Notes under the pieces: model-generated
Seen by the model: the letters and a program-made list of their open reading frames with translations, nothing else
What the model was told of the DNA's origin: nothing
Database searches by the model: none
In this document: one piece after another, positions 57,917 through 60,310 of the stretch
Layout: every line of letters starts with the position of its first letter
How positions within the stretch are numbered: position 1 is the stretch's first letter
NCBI GenBank assembly: GCA_021818475.1
Contig: JAKADZ010000004.1
Span: 1 to 60,310, forward strand
Length of the DNA stretch: 60,310 bases
Reading direction: 5' to 3'
From: Nanobdellota archaeon
Lineage (GTDB): Archaea > Nanobdellota > Nanobdellia > Pacearchaeales > GW2011-AR1
Made by a program: the position numbers and the translations under genes

Positions 57917-60310
57917 ATGAATAACAGAGGGAAAATAATTTCAGTTTCTTTTTTTGGAATTTTAATTTTATTTGGAATTTTATTGATATTTTTTATGCCT
58001 CAAACAAAAAGTTATGACGGTTCAGGGGCAGGACCTTTTAACTGTTCAAGCTGCGACGATTGCAGCGCGGCAATAGGAAATGCAAGCGCAGGCGCGACAA
58101 TTTATCTTAATACTTCTCTTGCAGATATCAATGAAACAACCTGCATAAATTTTGGAAGCAAAAACAATGTAATTTTTGACTGCATGAATTATTCAAATTA
58201 TATTCAAGGGAATGGCAGCGCAGCACTTTCAACTTATTATGGAATTTCTCTTTCATCTATTCAAAATAATACTATTAGAAATTGTAACGTTTCCGGATTT
58301 AATTCAGGAATTTATTTATATTCTTCAAATAACAATTCTTTAAACAATAATATCGTGTCTAATATTTCTCAAGGTATTTATTTATTTTATTCTTCATACA
58401 ATAATCTAACTTCAAACATTGGAACAAGTAATCTAGGTTATGGAATTTATCTTTCTTCCTCTTCAAATAATGCTCTTATTTCTAATAATGGTACGAGCAA
58501 TTCCAATTATGGAATTTTTCTTCAAGCCTCTTCAAATAATACTCTAACTTCAAATATTGGGACAAGCAATTCAGGTTATGGAGAGGTATTATTTTCTTCT
58601 TCAAACAATAATACTTTAATATCAAATACGGCAATAAGTAACAGTAGCACTGCATTTTATTTAGCTCAGTCTTCAAATAATACTTTAATATCAAATACGG
58701 CAATAAGCAATTCTAGCTATGCATTTTCGTTAAGTTATTCAGACCATAACCTTCTAACTTCAAATATTGGAACAGGCAACTATGCATTTTCTTTGTATTT
58801 TTCAAATAATAATACTCTAACTTCAAATATTGGAACAAGCAACTCCAGTTCTGCATTTCTTGTACAATCATCTTCAAATAATACTCTAACTTCAAATATT
58901 GGAACAACTAATTCGGGGAATGCATTTTACGTACAAGCTCTTTGTAACCATAATCTCTTAATTTTAAATAATGGAACAAGCAACTCAGGGAGTGCATTTG
59001 CTTTAACTGACTCTTCTGTTTCCATTTCAAATATTGGAACAAGCAACGGCAATGCATTTATTATATTAGGTTCAAATAATACTCTAACTTCAAATATTGG
59101 AACAAGCAACTCCAGTTACGCATTTTATTTACTTTCTGGCTCAAATAATACTCTAACTTCAAATATTGGAACAAGCAACTCCAGTTACGCATTTTATTTA
59201 CTTTCTTCTTCAAATAATATTCTAACTTCTAATATCGGAATAAGCAATTCAAGCACTGGATTTTTTTTAAGTTCTTCTTCAAATAATACATTAACTTCAA
59301 ACAATGGAACAAGTAATTCCTATATTGGATTTTTTTTAAGTTCTTCTTCAAATAATACTTTAATTTCAAATACTGGAGCAAGTAATTCAAGTTATGGAAT
59401 TTATCTTACTGCAAGCTCCAATAACACTTTAAACTCCAATATCGGAATAAGCAACTCAAGTGCAGGATTTTATCTGTCTTATTCATCAAATAATACCCTA
59501 AATAATTCTATTTCTAACAATGGAAAATACGGATTATATATTTCTAATTCAAATGGAACAATTGTTTCTAATTTAACTGCAAAAAATAATTCTTTATATG
59601 GGATATTTTTAGAAAGAGCTTCATATAACAATATTATCAAAAATTCTTTCATCCAATTAAACAATGGTTCTGCATTTGTACTAAACAGCACAGGAATTGC
59701 TCCTTCAAACAATTATATTTACAATAATTATTTTAACAATTCAGCTCAATATTCAAATATCTCAACGCCTGCAGTTAATTTCTTTAATACAACTAAAACT
59801 CTTTTGAGTCCAGGAACAAATATTGTCGGGGGAAATTATTTAGGAGGAAATTATTGGGCAGCGCCGAATGGAACAGGATTTTCACAGACCTGCATTGATG
59901 AGGGGGATGGAATTTGCAATACTGCTTATAGTTTTGATGGTATTAATTTTGATTATCTTCCTTTAGTTTGTCATGAAAACTGGAGCTGCGGCGATTGGGG
60001 GGCTTGCAGCTGCACTACTCAAACTCAAACCAGAACCTGTATTGATGCTCACTTATGCCAGACCTATGTTTTTAGACCCTCAGAAACTCAGTCATGCATT
60101 CCAATAAATTGTCAAACCGGAGGACATGTAGCTCCGCAACAAGCTCCGAGCGGCGGGGGAGGAGGAAGTTTTACAATTTCCAAACCGATAGTAAATGCAA
60201 CTTCGCTTGCTCCGATTCAGATTACTATCAACAGCACAAAAATGGATTTGACAGGAATAACTTTAAGCCTGAAAAAATCTGTTGAAAATGCATCAATGAA
60301 TATCACAAAA
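57917..60310 (+). CDS. cell-surface protein with parallel beta-helix (NosD/CASH-like) repeats; runs off the window
   Basis: ATG 57917 (MNNRGKIISVSFFGILIL); about 23-aa SSNNTLTSNIGTSNS repeats; GGNYW; same frame at window end as the C-terminal module shared with 51811. Confidence 0.85.
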   Translation, partial: MNNRGKIISVSFFGILILFGILLIFFMPQTKSYDGSGAGPFNCSSCDDCSAAIGNASAGATIYLNTSLADINETTCINFGSKNNVIFDCMNYSNYIQGNGSAALSTYYGISLSSIQNNTIRNCNVSGFNSGIYLYSSNNNSLNNNIVSNISQGIYLFYSSYNNLTSNIGTSNLGYGIYLSSSSNNALISNNGTSNSNYGIFLQASSNNTLTSNIGTSNSGYGEVLFSSSNNNTLISNTAISNSSTAFYLAQSSNNTLISNTAISNSSYAFSLSYSDHNLLTSNIGTGNYAFSLYFSNNNTLTSNIGTSNSSSAFLVQSSSNNTLTSNIGTTNSGNAFYVQALCNHNLLILNNGTSNSGSAFALTDSSVSISNIGTSNGNAFIILGSNNTLTSNIGTSNSSYAFYLLSGSNNTLTSNIGTSNSSYAFYLLSSSNNILTSNIGISNSSTGFFLSSSSNNTLTSNNGTSNSYIGFFLSSSSNNTLISNTGASNSSYGIYLTASSNNTLNSNIGISNSSAGFYLSYSSNNTLNNSISNNGKYGLYISNSNGTIVSNLTAKNNSLYGIFLERASYNNIIKNSFIQLNNGSAFVLNSTGIAPSNNYIYNNYFNNSAQYSNISTPAVNFFNTTKTLLSPGTNIVGGNYLGGNYWAAPNGTGFSQTCIDEGDGICNTAYSFDGINFDYLPLVCHENWSCGDWGACSCTTQTQTRTCIDAHLCQTYVFRPSETQSCIPINCQTGGHVAPQQAPSGGGGGSFTISKPIVNATSLAPIQITINSTKMDLTGITLSLKKSVENASMNITK

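Noticed and set aside
58482-59712. Short minus-strand ORFs with LKLEYY repeats
   Set aside because: Antisense to the beta-helix repeats of the 57917 gene
1-60310. tRNA or rRNA genes
   Set aside because: No cloverleaf with a T-loop context or long GC-rich rRNA-like tract recognised by eye

Overview
AT-rich archaeal chromosomal segment. The gene content and style point to a DPANN archaeon, probably Pacearchaeota/Woesearchaeota-like (inference, no search run). From left to right it carries: rpl18e-rpl13-rps9; a repeat-rich locus with a serine recombinase, a catalytically empty paralog and two coiled-coil/wHTH proteins; a canonical oriC (inverted ORBs around an AT-rich DUE) with cdc6-DP1-(nucleotidase)-DP2; a trxA-trxB-HTH-zwf module; a prkA-yeaH-spoVR-prkA operon; tyrS, a DRG GTPase, an Arm/Rmt-like methyltransferase and a split Hef; a type IV pilus locus with about 10 pilin-like genes, one fused to a lytic transglycosylase; prepilin peptidase, ACP, EF-1beta, RPA; and two surface proteins with an identical C-terminal module. 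Three unexplained signals stand out. (1) A modular, nesting family of short structured repeats with canonical G-quadruplex cores all on one strand, covarying hairpins and tandem G.A motifs; it sits between genes and also in frame inside proteins, and a filled/empty site pair is visible. (2) An origin-proximal locus with several distinct repeated DNA motifs and an ORB embedded in a wHTH gene, a candidate segregation or recombination system. (3) A pilus-borne peptidoglycan-lytic domain in an archaeon. No tRNA, rRNA, CRISPR array, transposase or reverse transcriptase was recognised.
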